Source of the DNA: Pseudomonadota bacterium
GTDB lineage: Bacteria; Pseudomonadota; Alphaproteobacteria; Rhizobiales; Hyphomicrobiaceae
Assembly: GCA_046048295.1 (NCBI GenBank)
Contig: JBJOGJ010000005.1
Coordinates: 8,235-40,234 of the forward strand
Direction: 5' to 3'
Length of the DNA: 32,000 nt
A program made the position numbers and the translations under genes. This document shows, in pieces, positions 1 to 8,480 of this stretch. The first letter of the stretch is position 1. Every line of letters begins with the position of its first letter. The notes below the pieces were generated by a model. The model was given only the letters and a program-made list of their open reading frames with translations, was not told the origin of the DNA and did no database searches.

Positions 1-850
1 TCTCGTGGCTCATGGTGGCAAGGAACTCGGATTTAGCTGCATTGGCCGCCTCCGCTTCCTGCTTGGCAACCACTAGGTCAGCCGTACGCGCCGCCACCTC
101 TGTCTCGAGCTTCGCCCTGTGCGCCGCAAGCATGTCATCCCGCGATCGTATCTCTCTGAGCATCGCATTGAAGGCATCGACGAGTTTGCCGGTTTCATCG
201 TCGCTCGTCCGTTCCACCTGCCGCGAGAAGTCGTGCTCCAGCTGCACCGCCGCCATGGCGCTTGTCAGCATGTCGATCGGTGTCGTAATCCGCCGCTGAA
301 ACCAGTAGGACAGCCCCATACCTGAAGCAGCAGCCACGACTCCGGCTGCCAGTGCCTGCAGAAGACTTTCCAAAAGCGCCCAACGAAGATCAGAAAGATT
401 GGCGACGAGTTCCAGGACACCTACGGGCTGTCCAGCGGACACGATGGGTGTCTGATAATGGTAGGCCCCGAGATAGATTGCATCGAAAGGACCGACCACG
501 CGATTGGGAGCGAAGTCGCCAGCCTTTCGCGACACGAGTATGCCTGACCCTATTTGATAATGCGTCCGGCCATCGAGCGAATAGACGCGCGCAAAGCTGA
601 TCTGCGGCACTCTCCCAATCGCATTGACGGCATCCGCAACTTGCCGGCGGTTACCGCTGCTGAGCGCCTCTTTGACACTTGCGGCAATTACTGCTGCAAC
701 CCCGGCAATCTCGCCCTGCCGCGCCTCGAATCTGCGGTCCGCCTCTCTGATCGCCGAAAAGACCGATGCCAGAAAGACGCCAGACATCACCGCAACGCCC
801 AACGTGACGAGCAGCTTGGCCTTTATCGACCTGCCGAGATATTTGATCAC
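1..850 (-). CDS. Sensor histidine kinase, N-terminal part (runs off the left edge): TM, ~150 aa extracytoplasmic region, TM, HAMP, coiled coil, start of HisKA
   Basis: Absent from the ORF track because it has no stop in the window. My translation of the minus strand from GTG at 850 (GGAG 5 nt upstream, in-frame stops further upstream) gives VIKYLGRSIKAKLLVTLGVAVMSGVFLASVF...GMGLSYWFQRRITTPIDMLTSAMAAVQLEHDFSRQVERTSDDETGKLVDAFNAMLREI...AAKSEFLATMSHE. The last motif is a HisKA H-box. The plus-strand ORFs 12..299, 554..970 and 624..902 are Ala/Ser/Arg-rich antisense artefacts. Confidence 0.85.
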   Translation of the reverse strand, partial: MIKYLGRSIKAKLLVTLGVAVMSGVFLASVFSAIREADRRFEARQGEIAGVAAVIAASVKEALSSGNRRQVADAVNAIGRVPQISFARVYSLDGRTHYQIGSGILVSRKAGDFAPNRVVGPFDAIYLGAYHYQTPIVSAGQPVGVLELVANLSDLRWALLESLLQALAAGVVAAASGMGLSYWFQRRITTPIDMLTSAMAAVQLEHDFSRQVERTSDDETGKLVDAFNAMLREIRSRDDMLAAHRAKLETEVAARTADLVVAKQEAEAANAAKSEFLATMSHE

Positions 851-1144
851 GACCACTCCGGACGCAGAGAGAAGACACCGAACCTTAAAGACCCAAAAAT
901 AGTAACCCCGGGTAAAGAATATATTCTTCCCGAAAATTTTATCCTTGATAATGTGCCCGTACCAAATTGATGCTTTTCAGCCGATGCCTTAACCTTTGTT
1001 TTTCCGAATTCAGATTATTTGCACAAGGCCGTTGCAAGTCACTTTAGAATAAAAGTAGCAGGATCCCCCTCCCGGCCACTGAGCAAATAGAGCGTAGGTG
1101 CGATCACACAAGGGTGTGCGACAGTTCGGAATTTTGAGGCTGGA

Positions 1145-2410
1145 ATGATCTTGAGACGAAACATGAGATTTATACGGAGCGAATATGGCAGCATCTCCAT
1201 GATGTTCGCAACCGCGCTACCGGTACTCCTGCTGACTGTCGGCTTCACGATCGACTACGGTATCGTTATCAAACAGCGGCAGGTGCTGCAGACCGCTGCA
1301 GACGCAGCAGCCCTTGCAGGGGCCAAGGGCCTGAGCCTCGCCGACGCCAAACGCGAGAATGTAGAGGCAGTCGTCAAAGCCATCGTCGATAGCTATGCCT
1401 CACGCAACGCCGCAGCAGGTTCCGTCAAGGACTACACTGTCCTAGCCGATGTGCGCGATGATCCGTTGGAGGTGCATGTAAGCATTTCCCAGATACCAAG
1501 GACGGTGTTCGGAGCATCATTCGGGCTCTCTTTGACAGCCATTGAAGTGATTGCGACCGCCCGAGTTGTAGGCCAGCCAAACATCTGCATATTGGGGCTC
1601 GACGAAAGCGCAAGTGGCACGATAGACCTCCAGAAGCAGGCCCGCGTAACCGGCCAGAACTGCGCCGTCTATTCCAACTCGACCCACAAGAACTCAATCA
1701 AATCGAAGAATGACTCCGTTTTGTCGGCCACGATCATCTGCGCCGCGGGCGGTAGGGATGGCGATAAGGGTAATTTCGATCCGGAACCCTACACCGATTG
1801 TCCGACCTTCGACGACCCGCTTGCCGGACGCATGGCCCCGCCGGTCGGCGTCTGTGATCCCAGCCTGGAAAATGACATTTCGACGAGCAGGACCCTGTTT
1901 CCGGGCACCTACTGCGGCGGTCTTCGGATAGGGGATGACGCTGAAGTCAAGCTTCAACCCGGAATCTACATCATCAAGGACGGTCCACTGCTCATCCAAG
2001 GGTCGGCCAAAATCGACGGCACCGTTGGTGTCGGCTTCTACCTCACGGGCACCAACGCCACCTTCACTTTCGAACCGGAGACGACAATCGATCTTTCCGC
2101 GCCAACCAAGGGCGTCATGGCAGGTCTCTTGATTTTCGAGGACCGAAAGCAGTCGACGACGGGCATCCATAAGATTCTGAGCGAGAACGCTAGATTGCTA
2201 CTCGGAACAATCTATCTGCCACGTGGCCAGATCCATGTGGATGCGAACCAGCCAGTCGCGGACAAGTCTGCCTACACCTCCATCGTGGCGCGCATGGTTA
2301 CGCTGTACGGCGGTCCCCACCTCGTACTGAACACCAACTACCACCTGACAAGCGTTCCGGTACCAAAAGGCATCAAGGGCGCAGGCCAGCCGGTCAGGCT
2401 TTCACGCTAG
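1145..2410 (+). CDS. TadE/TadG-like (Flp-pilus-associated, pseudopilin-like N-terminus) protein, no vWA domain evident
   Basis: The N-terminus MRFIRSEYGSISMMFATALPVLLLTVGFTIDYG matches the TadE/TadG-type hydrophobic leader region. The Gly/Thr-rich C-terminal half (PGTYCGGLRIGDDAEVKLQPGIYIIKDGPLLIQGSAKIDGTVGVGFYLTG) is typical of rhizobial TadG-like proteins. GAGG lies 5 nt before ATG 1145; ATG 1163 is an alternative start. Confidence 0.7.
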   Translation: MILRRNMRFIRSEYGSISMMFATALPVLLLTVGFTIDYGIVIKQRQVLQTAADAAALAGAKGLSLADAKRENVEAVVKAIVDSYASRNAAAGSVKDYTVLADVRDDPLEVHVSISQIPRTVFGASFGLSLTAIEVIATARVVGQPNICILGLDESASGTIDLQKQARVTGQNCAVYSNSTHKNSIKSKNDSVLSATIICAAGGRDGDKGNFDPEPYTDCPTFDDPLAGRMAPPVGVCDPSLENDISTSRTLFPGTYCGGLRIGDDAEVKLQPGIYIIKDGPLLIQGSAKIDGTVGVGFYLTGTNATFTFEPETTIDLSAPTKGVMAGLLIFEDRKQSTTGIHKILSENARLLLGTIYLPRGQIHVDANQPVADKSAYTSIVARMVTLYGGPHLVLNTNYHLTSVPVPKGIKGAGQPVRLSR

Positions 2411-2437
2411 GTCGCAACAGAAAAAAGAAGAAATTCC

Positions 2438-2923
2438 ATGTCGCAACCAAACGACGAAGACGAGCAGTCTTTGGAAGTATTGGCTCACGCCGCGCGATTC
2501 TCCCTGCCTGCCGACACCCGCATACTGCTCGTCGACGACGATCCGATCTTTTCGACGCTCGCAGCATCCGTGCTCGGCCTCGAAGCAGACCAGATCGTAT
2601 TGGCGAAGGATGGCGCCGAGGCCATGCACTTCCTCGATGTGGCGGAGTTCCACCTTGCCATCGTCGATCTTTCGATGCCGGAGGTCGATGGCTTCCGCCT
2701 CATCGCACATATCCGCCACACTCCGCGACTGAGGCGCCTGCCAATCGTCGTTGTAACCTCTCGTCAGGATCTGCAGGCGATCGAGGAAGTACATGCGATG
2801 GACGTGCAGCTCTACATGACGAAGCCTCTGAACTTGAATCTCTTCCCGTTTTCGATCCACAACGTGCTCAGGGTCTCACGCAAACTCGAATCCATCCGTC
2901 AAGGCGTGTTAGGTCTCCTTTGA
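2438..2923 (+). CDS. Single-domain response regulator (REC only)
   Basis: All REC signature residues are visible: LLVDDD, phospho-acceptor in AIVDLSMP, VVVTS, YMTKP. At 161 aa there is no output domain. Confidence 0.9.
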   Translation: MSQPNDEDEQSLEVLAHAARFSLPADTRILLVDDDPIFSTLAASVLGLEADQIVLAKDGAEAMHFLDVAEFHLAIVDLSMPEVDGFRLIAHIRHTPRLRRLPIVVVTSRQDLQAIEEVHAMDVQLYMTKPLNLNLFPFSIHNVLRVSRKLESIRQGVLGLL

Positions 2924-3325
2924 TCGATCCTCAAGCAGCGACGCAAGGAGTGTCTCGAGACCCTGCTCATCGACCGGCTTCAGCACTGCACCAAGATAGT
3001 TTAGGCCATAGGACCTGGCGAGAATCTCTGCCGTCTTGACGATCGTCTCGTGTGCCGAACTCACAATCATGATAGGGACCTTGATACTCGCCTCTCTCAG
3101 ATGCATCAGGAATTCCACACCATCGAACTCCGGCATGTTGAGATCGCACGAAACGAGGTCGAGATCGTCAGGCGCCTCATCCACGATCGACCGAGCAAGA
3201 TGACCATTGCCCGCCACGGTGACCCGCTCAACGCCCCGCGCCTCGAAGAACGCCTTCAGCACCTCTGCAACTATGGGGTCGTCGTCGATGACGAGGACGT
3301 GGTTCACGCTTGATTTAAAATGCAT
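2909..3325 (-). CDS. Single-domain response regulator (REC only)
   Basis: VLVIDDD, VSCDLNMP, IMIVSS and AVLKP motifs; 138 aa. The 3' end overlaps the convergent REC gene by 15 bp (2909-2923). Confidence 0.9.
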   Translation of the reverse strand: MHFKSSVNHVLVIDDDPIVAEVLKAFFEARGVERVTVAGNGHLARSIVDEAPDDLDLVSCDLNMPEFDGVEFLMHLREASIKVPIMIVSSAHETIVKTAEILARSYGLNYLGAVLKPVDEQGLETLLASLLEDRSKET

Positions 3326-3406
3326 TTGTGTCAGCTACCGACCATGTCGCGGATTGTAGTGGGAGCTAGCACTACATGCAGATCATTGCAATCGGTCTGC
3401 GAATGG

Positions 3407-3856
3407 CTAGGCACCAATTGCCGCCTTAAGTTCGCCGATCAGCAACGACCAGTCGACAGGCTTTGAAAGAACGAGCGATACGTTTCCATCCTCATAGCAA
3501 GCACGGACTTCATGTGCATCTGCAGAACCAGATATGACGAATATCGGAATTTTACGCCCGTTCTCGCTCGCACGAATTTTCTGTATGATCTCAAGTCCAC
3601 TGATATGAGGCAATCCGAAATCTACGATCGCCGCATCAACCTTCAACTTCGCAAAGAACCTGTCTTCGTGGAGACCGTCTGCCATCAACAGCACTTCATA
3701 CCCAAGACCAGAGAGGATTGGCTTGGCGATCTCGCGCAAAACGGCGTCATCATCGACGACAAGTATCCTCTTTGGCTTGCTGTCCGAAAACTGGCGCCAT
3801 TTCGGCACAATAGTATGCATAAGCATTCCAGAACTCGCTTGACACGTGGTTGGCAT
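3407..3856 (-). CDS. Single-domain response regulator (REC only)
   Basis: ILVVDDD, AIVDFGLP, IFVISGS and LVLSKP motifs; 149 aa. The start is uncertain because of internal Met codons (MLMHT...). Confidence 0.85.
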   Translation of the reverse strand: MPTTCQASSGMLMHTIVPKWRQFSDSKPKRILVVDDDAVLREIAKPILSGLGYEVLLMADGLHEDRFFAKLKVDAAIVDFGLPHISGLEIIQKIRASENGRKIPIFVISGSADAHEVRACYEDGNVSLVLSKPVDWSLLIGELKAAIGA

Positions 3857-3994
3857 CCGTCGAAGTGACGCAAATTAATATGCACACGTCATAACCTGGA
3901 GGAGTTTAATCCTGATGAATAAAACACTGCGAATTGAAGTCTTTTGGCTGCGGCCTATGGGCGGAGGCCAATAAACGTTTGGCATCGATTTGGA

Positions 3995-4438
3995 TTAGCT
4001 GCGCGACTGGCCCCGGCCCTTCCTGCAATACAACTCGAGTTTGTGGCCGATGATCTCGTAGCCGAGTTCCTCGGCGATCTTCCGCTGGAGCTGCTCAATT
4101 TCCTGATTATAGAATTCTATGATCTGCCCGGAGTCCACGTCGATGATATGGTCATGGTGCTCTTCGTCGGTGGCAGGCTCGAACCGGGCCGGCACGCCCT
4201 CGAAGGAGTGACGCCTGACAAGGCCCTTCTCCTGCAGAGCGCCAAGCATCCGGTAGACGGTCGCCAACGAGACGGTCTCATCGAGTTCCTTGGCCCGCCG
4301 GTGCACCTCGGTAGCGTCCGGATGATCGCTCGAACTCGCCAGAACCTCGAGAATTGCGGTCCGCTGGCGCGTGATACGGACACCATCCAAGCGCAGTGCC
4401 TCTTCCATGACGCTGGTCGGCTTCTTCGATTTCGGCAT
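3995..4438 (-). CDS. fur: Fur-family metalloregulator (Mur/Fur-like, lacks CxxC structural-zinc motifs)
   Basis: Winged-helix part: RITRQRTAILEVLASSSDHPDATEVHRRAKELDETVSLATVYRMLGALQEKGLV. Metal-site region: EEHHDHIIDVDSGQIIEF...IIGHKLELY. This closely resembles my recollection of rhizobial Mur/Fur. There is only one Cys in the whole protein. Confidence 0.8.
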   Translation of the reverse strand: MPKSKKPTSVMEEALRLDGVRITRQRTAILEVLASSSDHPDATEVHRRAKELDETVSLATVYRMLGALQEKGLVRRHSFEGVPARFEPATDEEHHDHIIDVDSGQIIEFYNQEIEQLQRKIAEELGYEIIGHKLELYCRKGRGQSRS

Positions 4439-4540
4439 CTCAAATATGATCCAGTGACTCGGAGATCAGCCAGAGTTGGACCATTGGCAAGGGGGCGTCA
4501 AGCCAGAAGTCACCCCCCTCGGTTCCGGGCTGGGCACCCG

Positions 4541-4577
4541 AAAAAAACAGGGCGGGCACCATTTGCAGGTGCCCGCC
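4541..4577 (-). terminator. Rho-independent terminator downstream of the antiporter gene
   Basis: Perfect 10-bp GC stem ggcgggcacc (4551-4560) / ggtgcccgcc (4568-4577) with a 7-nt loop. On the minus strand it is followed by a run of 7 U (aaaaaaa at 4541-4547). It lies 25 nt after the stop at 4602. Confidence 0.8.
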
Positions 4578-4601
4578 AGATACGACCTGACGCGTCGCAG
4601 T

Positions 4602-5636
4602 CTACTGCCCAGCGCCCGGCTTGAGCATAGGGATCTGCTCCGCCAGCAACTTCATAGCGTCATCGACCCCGTAGTACTGCAAGACGGAGTAGGCCACGAA
4701 TAGCGCCACGAAAAACAGACCGACCGGCCGACTAAGCCCCCCACCCAGGATCAGAAAAGCAAGAAGCATGACGGTGCAGGCGATCATCATCCACAGGTCG
4801 AACACCAGGATTTGTTCAGGGATCGGAATCGGCACCACGAGACCAACGAGGCCGATGATCATCAGGAGGTTGTAGATGCCAGCGCCCATCACATTGCCGA
4901 CAGCGATTTCGGAGTGACGCTTGAGTGCAGCCACGACAGCGGTGGCGAGTTCCGGTAGAGAGGTACCGACCGCAACGATCGTAAGGCCGATCACCTCCTC
5001 ACGGACACCGAAGTACTTTGCCGCTTCGACAGCTGCATCGACCAGGAGCCTTGCGCCGACGACAACGGCTGCAACACCGCCCAGAACCGCCACCACAGCT
5101 AGCCAGGTGGACTTTGGCCCCTCCTCGAATTCCTCTTCCAGCTCCTCGGCGAGATCACCAGGATCGTTGACCAATCCCTTCTTTCGCTCGGAATGGAAGG
5201 CGTAAAGCGTAAAGGCCACCAGGACGGCAACCATCACACCGCCTTGCCACTGCCGAATGACCCCGGTCAGGGCGAGCCCGGTGAAGAGCAATGCCGAACC
5301 GAGCATCATCGCTGCGTCGCGGGTGATTGCCGAACGCTGTATGACAATCGGAAAGATTACCGCCGAGGTACCGAGAATTAGCAAAATGTTAGCGATGTTC
5401 GAGCCGACGACATTGCCGATGGAGATGCCCGGCAGATCGTTGGCTGCGGCCTGCAGGCTGACGACGAGCTCCGGAGAAGTCGTACCCCAGGCAACGATTG
5501 TCATACCTATGATCATCTTGGAAACATTGAGCTTCTGGGCGAGCGACACCGCGCCGCGCACCAGATACTCCGCACCGAAGAGAAGCAGCACGAAGCCGCC
5601 TGCGAACTGAAGCACAGTTATCATGGCGAAGATCAC
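4602..5636 (-). CDS. Ca2+/Na+ (cation) antiporter, CaCA family (YrbG-like)
   Basis: Two alpha-repeat signatures: GTTSPELVVS...GNVVGSNIANILLILG and GTSLPELATAVVAA...GNVMGAGIYNLL. About 10 hydrophobic segments and an acidic central loop (DLAEELEEEFEE). The start is either GTG 5636 or ATG 5624. Confidence 0.85.
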   Translation of the reverse strand: MIFAMITVLQFAGGFVLLLFGAEYLVRGAVSLAQKLNVSKMIIGMTIVAWGTTSPELVVSLQAAANDLPGISIGNVVGSNIANILLILGTSAVIFPIVIQRSAITRDAAMMLGSALLFTGLALTGVIRQWQGGVMVAVLVAFTLYAFHSERKKGLVNDPGDLAEELEEEFEEGPKSTWLAVVAVLGGVAAVVVGARLLVDAAVEAAKYFGVREEVIGLTIVAVGTSLPELATAVVAALKRHSEIAVGNVMGAGIYNLLMIIGLVGLVVPIPIPEQILVFDLWMMIACTVMLLAFLILGGGLSRPVGLFFVALFVAYSVLQYYGVDDAMKLLAEQIPMLKPGAGQ

Positions 5637-6088
5637 CCTTTCATGGATTTGATCATCATGGATTCAACCGAATTCAACGCTTCGGGAATGCGGACAAGGC
5701 GCTACGTTGGCTGTGATGGCTGCCTGCGCCAATGTTGGAGAGCCGAAATGACCCCCGACTTTGCCGGACACCCGGGGACACTCCTGAGTGGTTGTGTCCA
5801 GTCCGACATCGCAGCAAGAGCTGCCAGAGGGGCCCGGTCTGGAATTCCGTTTCAACGGCGCAAGGGTAAATGACGCATGTCACGCAGTCCCCGTTCGCCG
5901 CACCGCCGGTTCGTTGGCAGCCAGAGACGGTAATACTCCCGCCGCTGGTTTCTGGGCAAGAGTCGATGATGCGATCAGATGACGCCTACTGAAGCGGGCT
6001 GCTGGTCGTTGCCGGACTGCAACGCCGGAGCACCGTCAAACGGCGTTGAGCCCGGATGAGGCGCAATGCACAAGAACGCATGTTGTGA

Positions 6089-6295
6089 TCAGGAGTCCTG
6101 CCGAACGACGCTGTCCTGGACCTGGAACTCGGAGTGGGCTTCCAAGCGGTCATCGCCACGTTCGAGGTCCTGCCGCAACCGAAGCATTGCAAAATAATCG
6201 ATCAACCGGGACTGGTATAAGTCAATTCCCTTACCGATAAGTGGCTGGTTGATCCTGCCATCTACGCAAATTACCCCATTGGAAGCCAATCGCAT
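6089..6295 (-). CDS. Hypothetical small protein (68 aa), family not recognised
   Basis: Start MRLASNG... has GAGGAG 9 nt upstream. No family recognised. Many A/T-ending codons (CTA, GTA, ATT, TTA, TAT, TTT), unlike neighbouring genes, so it may be non-coding or foreign. Confidence 0.3.
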   Translation of the reverse strand: MRLASNGVICVDGRINQPLIGKGIDLYQSRLIDYFAMLRLRQDLERGDDRLEAHSEFQVQDSVVRQDS

Positions 6296-6481
6296 GACCT
6301 GGGTCTCCTCTAGACCCATTCAGCATAGCAACCGGATGTTGTAGCCGGTTGAATGCCGGGCTGCGGATTTGTTTAAAATTCGAATGAACTCGTGGATGGT
6401 GACGGCGTCCAAAAGACTATAGAGTTCGGTAATTCCGTCAGGAGCAGTTACAACCGGGTTTCAAAGGAGAGGAGAGCGAGC

Positions 6482-7546
6482 ATGCGCAAGGATGCGAGAG
6501 GATCCCTTGGGTATTTGATCAAGGCGGTCGTCGCAGCGGGTATTCTCATGCCGGCATCGGCTCACGCCCAAAGTCCCGCCGAATTCTTCAAGGGCAAGAA
6601 CGTCACCATACGTGTCGGCTTCGGCGCCGGCGGCGGATACGACACCACCACGAGGCTCGTCGCACGCTACTACGGAAAACACATTCCCGGCGCTCCGAAC
6701 GTCCTGGTCGAGAACATGCCGGGAGCCGGCGGCTTGAGACTTGCCAATTTCATGTTCAATGCCGCGCCGAAGGACGGCACGATGCTTGCGATCTTTTCGG
6801 CGCAGGCTTCGATGGAACCGCTGTTCGGCAATGATAAGGCGAAGTTCAAGGCGGATCAGTTCACCTGGATCGGCAGCATGCACACCGATATCAATTCCTG
6901 TGGTGTCTGGAAGGGCGCAGGCGTCGGTATCAATTCCTTCGATGACATGCTGAAGAGCAAAAAGGAAATCGTCTTCGGCTCGACCGGCCCGCAATCTGAG
7001 ACGACCAAGTTTCCCGCTTTCATGAAGAAGGCACTCGGCGCCCCGGTGAAGGTTATCGAGGGCTTCAAGGGTACGAAAGACATCAACCTTGCAATGCGCC
7101 GTGGTGAGCTCGATGCGAGCTGCGGCATGTTCGAGTCCTCGGTACGCGGCGCCTACTTCGATGACTACAAGAACGGCGACCTCAAGATCATCTTCCAGGT
7201 CGGGCTCGACCGCAAAGTGCCGCTGTTCGGCAATGCCGCTCAGGTAGGCGAACTCGTAAAGGACAAAGGCAAGGAAATGCAACAGATCGCCGAAATGGTC
7301 TTTGGGCCATCTGCGATCACGCGGCCGATCGCGGCGCCGCCTGGCATTCCGGCAGACCGTGCCAAGGCCCTGTCCGATGCATTGATGGCGACGATGAAGG
7401 ATCCGGGAACCATCGCCGACGGCAAGAAGATCGGCATAGAGTGGGATCCTATGACCGGGGACAAGGTGAAGGAGCTGATGCAGCGCTTCTATGCGACACC
7501 ACCCTCGGTGGTGAAGAAGGCGATCGAGTTCACGTCGATGAACTGA
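6482..7546 (+). CDS. Bug-family (TctC-like) periplasmic substrate-binding protein of tripartite tricarboxylate transporters
   Basis: Signal peptide LIKAVVAAGILMPASAHAQ, then the family hallmark FFKGKNVTIRVGFGAGGGYDTTTRL...VENMPGAGG. ATG 6482 is preceded by AAAGGAGAGGAG. The upstream extension from 6392 in the ORF track is rejected. Confidence 0.9.
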   Translation: MRKDARGSLGYLIKAVVAAGILMPASAHAQSPAEFFKGKNVTIRVGFGAGGGYDTTTRLVARYYGKHIPGAPNVLVENMPGAGGLRLANFMFNAAPKDGTMLAIFSAQASMEPLFGNDKAKFKADQFTWIGSMHTDINSCGVWKGAGVGINSFDDMLKSKKEIVFGSTGPQSETTKFPAFMKKALGAPVKVIEGFKGTKDINLAMRRGELDASCGMFESSVRGAYFDDYKNGDLKIIFQVGLDRKVPLFGNAAQVGELVKDKGKEMQQIAEMVFGPSAITRPIAAPPGIPADRAKALSDALMATMKDPGTIADGKKIGIEWDPMTGDKVKELMQRFYATPPSVVKKAIEFTSMN

Positions 7547-7588
7547 TCGGGTCTCTCATTTCGGCTTGAAATAGTCTGACAGAATGGA

Positions 7589-7613
7589 CGCAGCGGCCAC
7601 CGCCGCTGCGTTT
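7589..7613 (+). terminator. Probable rho-independent terminator after the Bug gene
   Basis: 9-bp stem cgcagcggc / gccgctgcg with loop cacc, followed by tttcgcattt; about 40 nt after the stop at 7546. Confidence 0.6.
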
Positions 7614-7685
7614 CGCATTTGCATCCTGGCCGAAGCGGTGCTTCGATAGAAGAAGTCAAAACAACAATGCTTGAGGGAGGCTCCG

Positions 7686-8480
7686 ATGATCTTCGATGAC
7701 GATCTCGAACAGCCTAAGATTCCCGAGTTTCCGCGCCAGATTGCACCCGATACATGGTGGTTCAGCACCTGCCTCGAGATCACAGTTCACGGGCGCAAGG
7801 TGCACAATCACAATTCCTGCTATCTGATTGCCGGCACCGACGCGACGGTCATGATCGATACCGGAATGCCGCTTGGCTGGGACGTGCTCAAGCCACAGAT
7901 CGAAACCGTACTTGCAGGCCGGCCGCTCGACTACATATTTCCCACGCATCCCGAAGCCCCGCACATGGGCAATGCTCAACCTCTCATGGACATCTATCCG
8001 GATCTCATGCTCGTAGGTGACCTGAGAACCTATCATCTTTATCTACCCGGCGAGGAGCACCGCTTTCGACACGTCGAGACAGGGTACATCCTCGAGTTGG
8101 GCGGCCGGCGGCTCGAGATGGTCCCCGCACTCGTGCACGACCTCCCAAACACACTGTGGGGATATGATCCCGAGCTCGAGATCCTTTTCGTAAGCGACGC
8201 CTATCCCTACACGCACGACCACATGGCCGGACAGTGTGCCATGATCTCGAGCGAACTCCCTCGAACGCCGGTGGCAGAAGACACCAGTCGGGTGATTGAA
8301 GGCGCGCTCAACTGGACGAGGTTCGTAGACCCTGAGGTGATAGCCTGCGAGCTGGATGCCTACCTCGAGCGATACCCGACGAGGATTATCGCCCCAGCCC
8401 ATGGAGCTGTCACGATCGAGCCTGAGGTTCTAACGAATGTCTTCAAGTCCGGTCTGCGGCGAGTGAGTGTCACATCATGA
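7686..8480 (+). CDS. MBL-fold protein resembling the di-iron core domain of flavodiiron proteins / ODP; most metal ligands retained
   Basis: Motifs at FDP-like spacing: FPTHPEAPHMGN (H-x-E-x-P-H instead of H-x-E-x-D-H), LVHDL, ILFVSDAYP and IIAPAHG. GGGAGG lies 5 nt before ATG 7686. No flavodoxin or rubredoxin domain. Confidence 0.7.
   Translation: MIFDDDLEQPKIPEFPRQIAPDTWWFSTCLEITVHGRKVHNHNSCYLIAGTDATVMIDTGMPLGWDVLKPQIETVLAGRPLDYIFPTHPEAPHMGNAQPLMDIYPDLMLVGDLRTYHLYLPGEEHRFRHVETGYILELGGRRLEMVPALVHDLPNTLWGYDPELEILFVSDAYPYTHDHMAGQCAMISSELPRTPVAEDTSRVIEGALNWTRFVDPEVIACELDAYLERYPTRIIAPAHGAVTIEPEVLTNVFKSGLRRVSVTS

Noticed and set aside
12-970. Plus-strand ORFs 12..299, 119..325, 352..600, 554..970 and 624..902 from the ORF track
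   Set aside because: The minus strand is open from 850 to the window edge and encodes a histidine kinase with HAMP and an H-box. The plus-strand ORFs are its mirror frames.
3915-3974. 19-codon plus-strand mini-ORF (MNKTLRIEVFWLRPMGGGQ) with GGAGGAG upstream, lying between fur and a REC gene
   Set aside because: The RBS spacing is long (about 10 nt). It sits on the opposite strand from all neighbours and has no downstream gene to regulate. It is too short to evaluate without conservation data.
6461-7282. 273-aa minus-strand ORF antisense to the first Bug gene; similar cases at 3944..4624 (antisense to fur) and 14278..14922
   Set aside because: These are high-GC antisense artefacts with no motifs, and they overlap confidently called genes.
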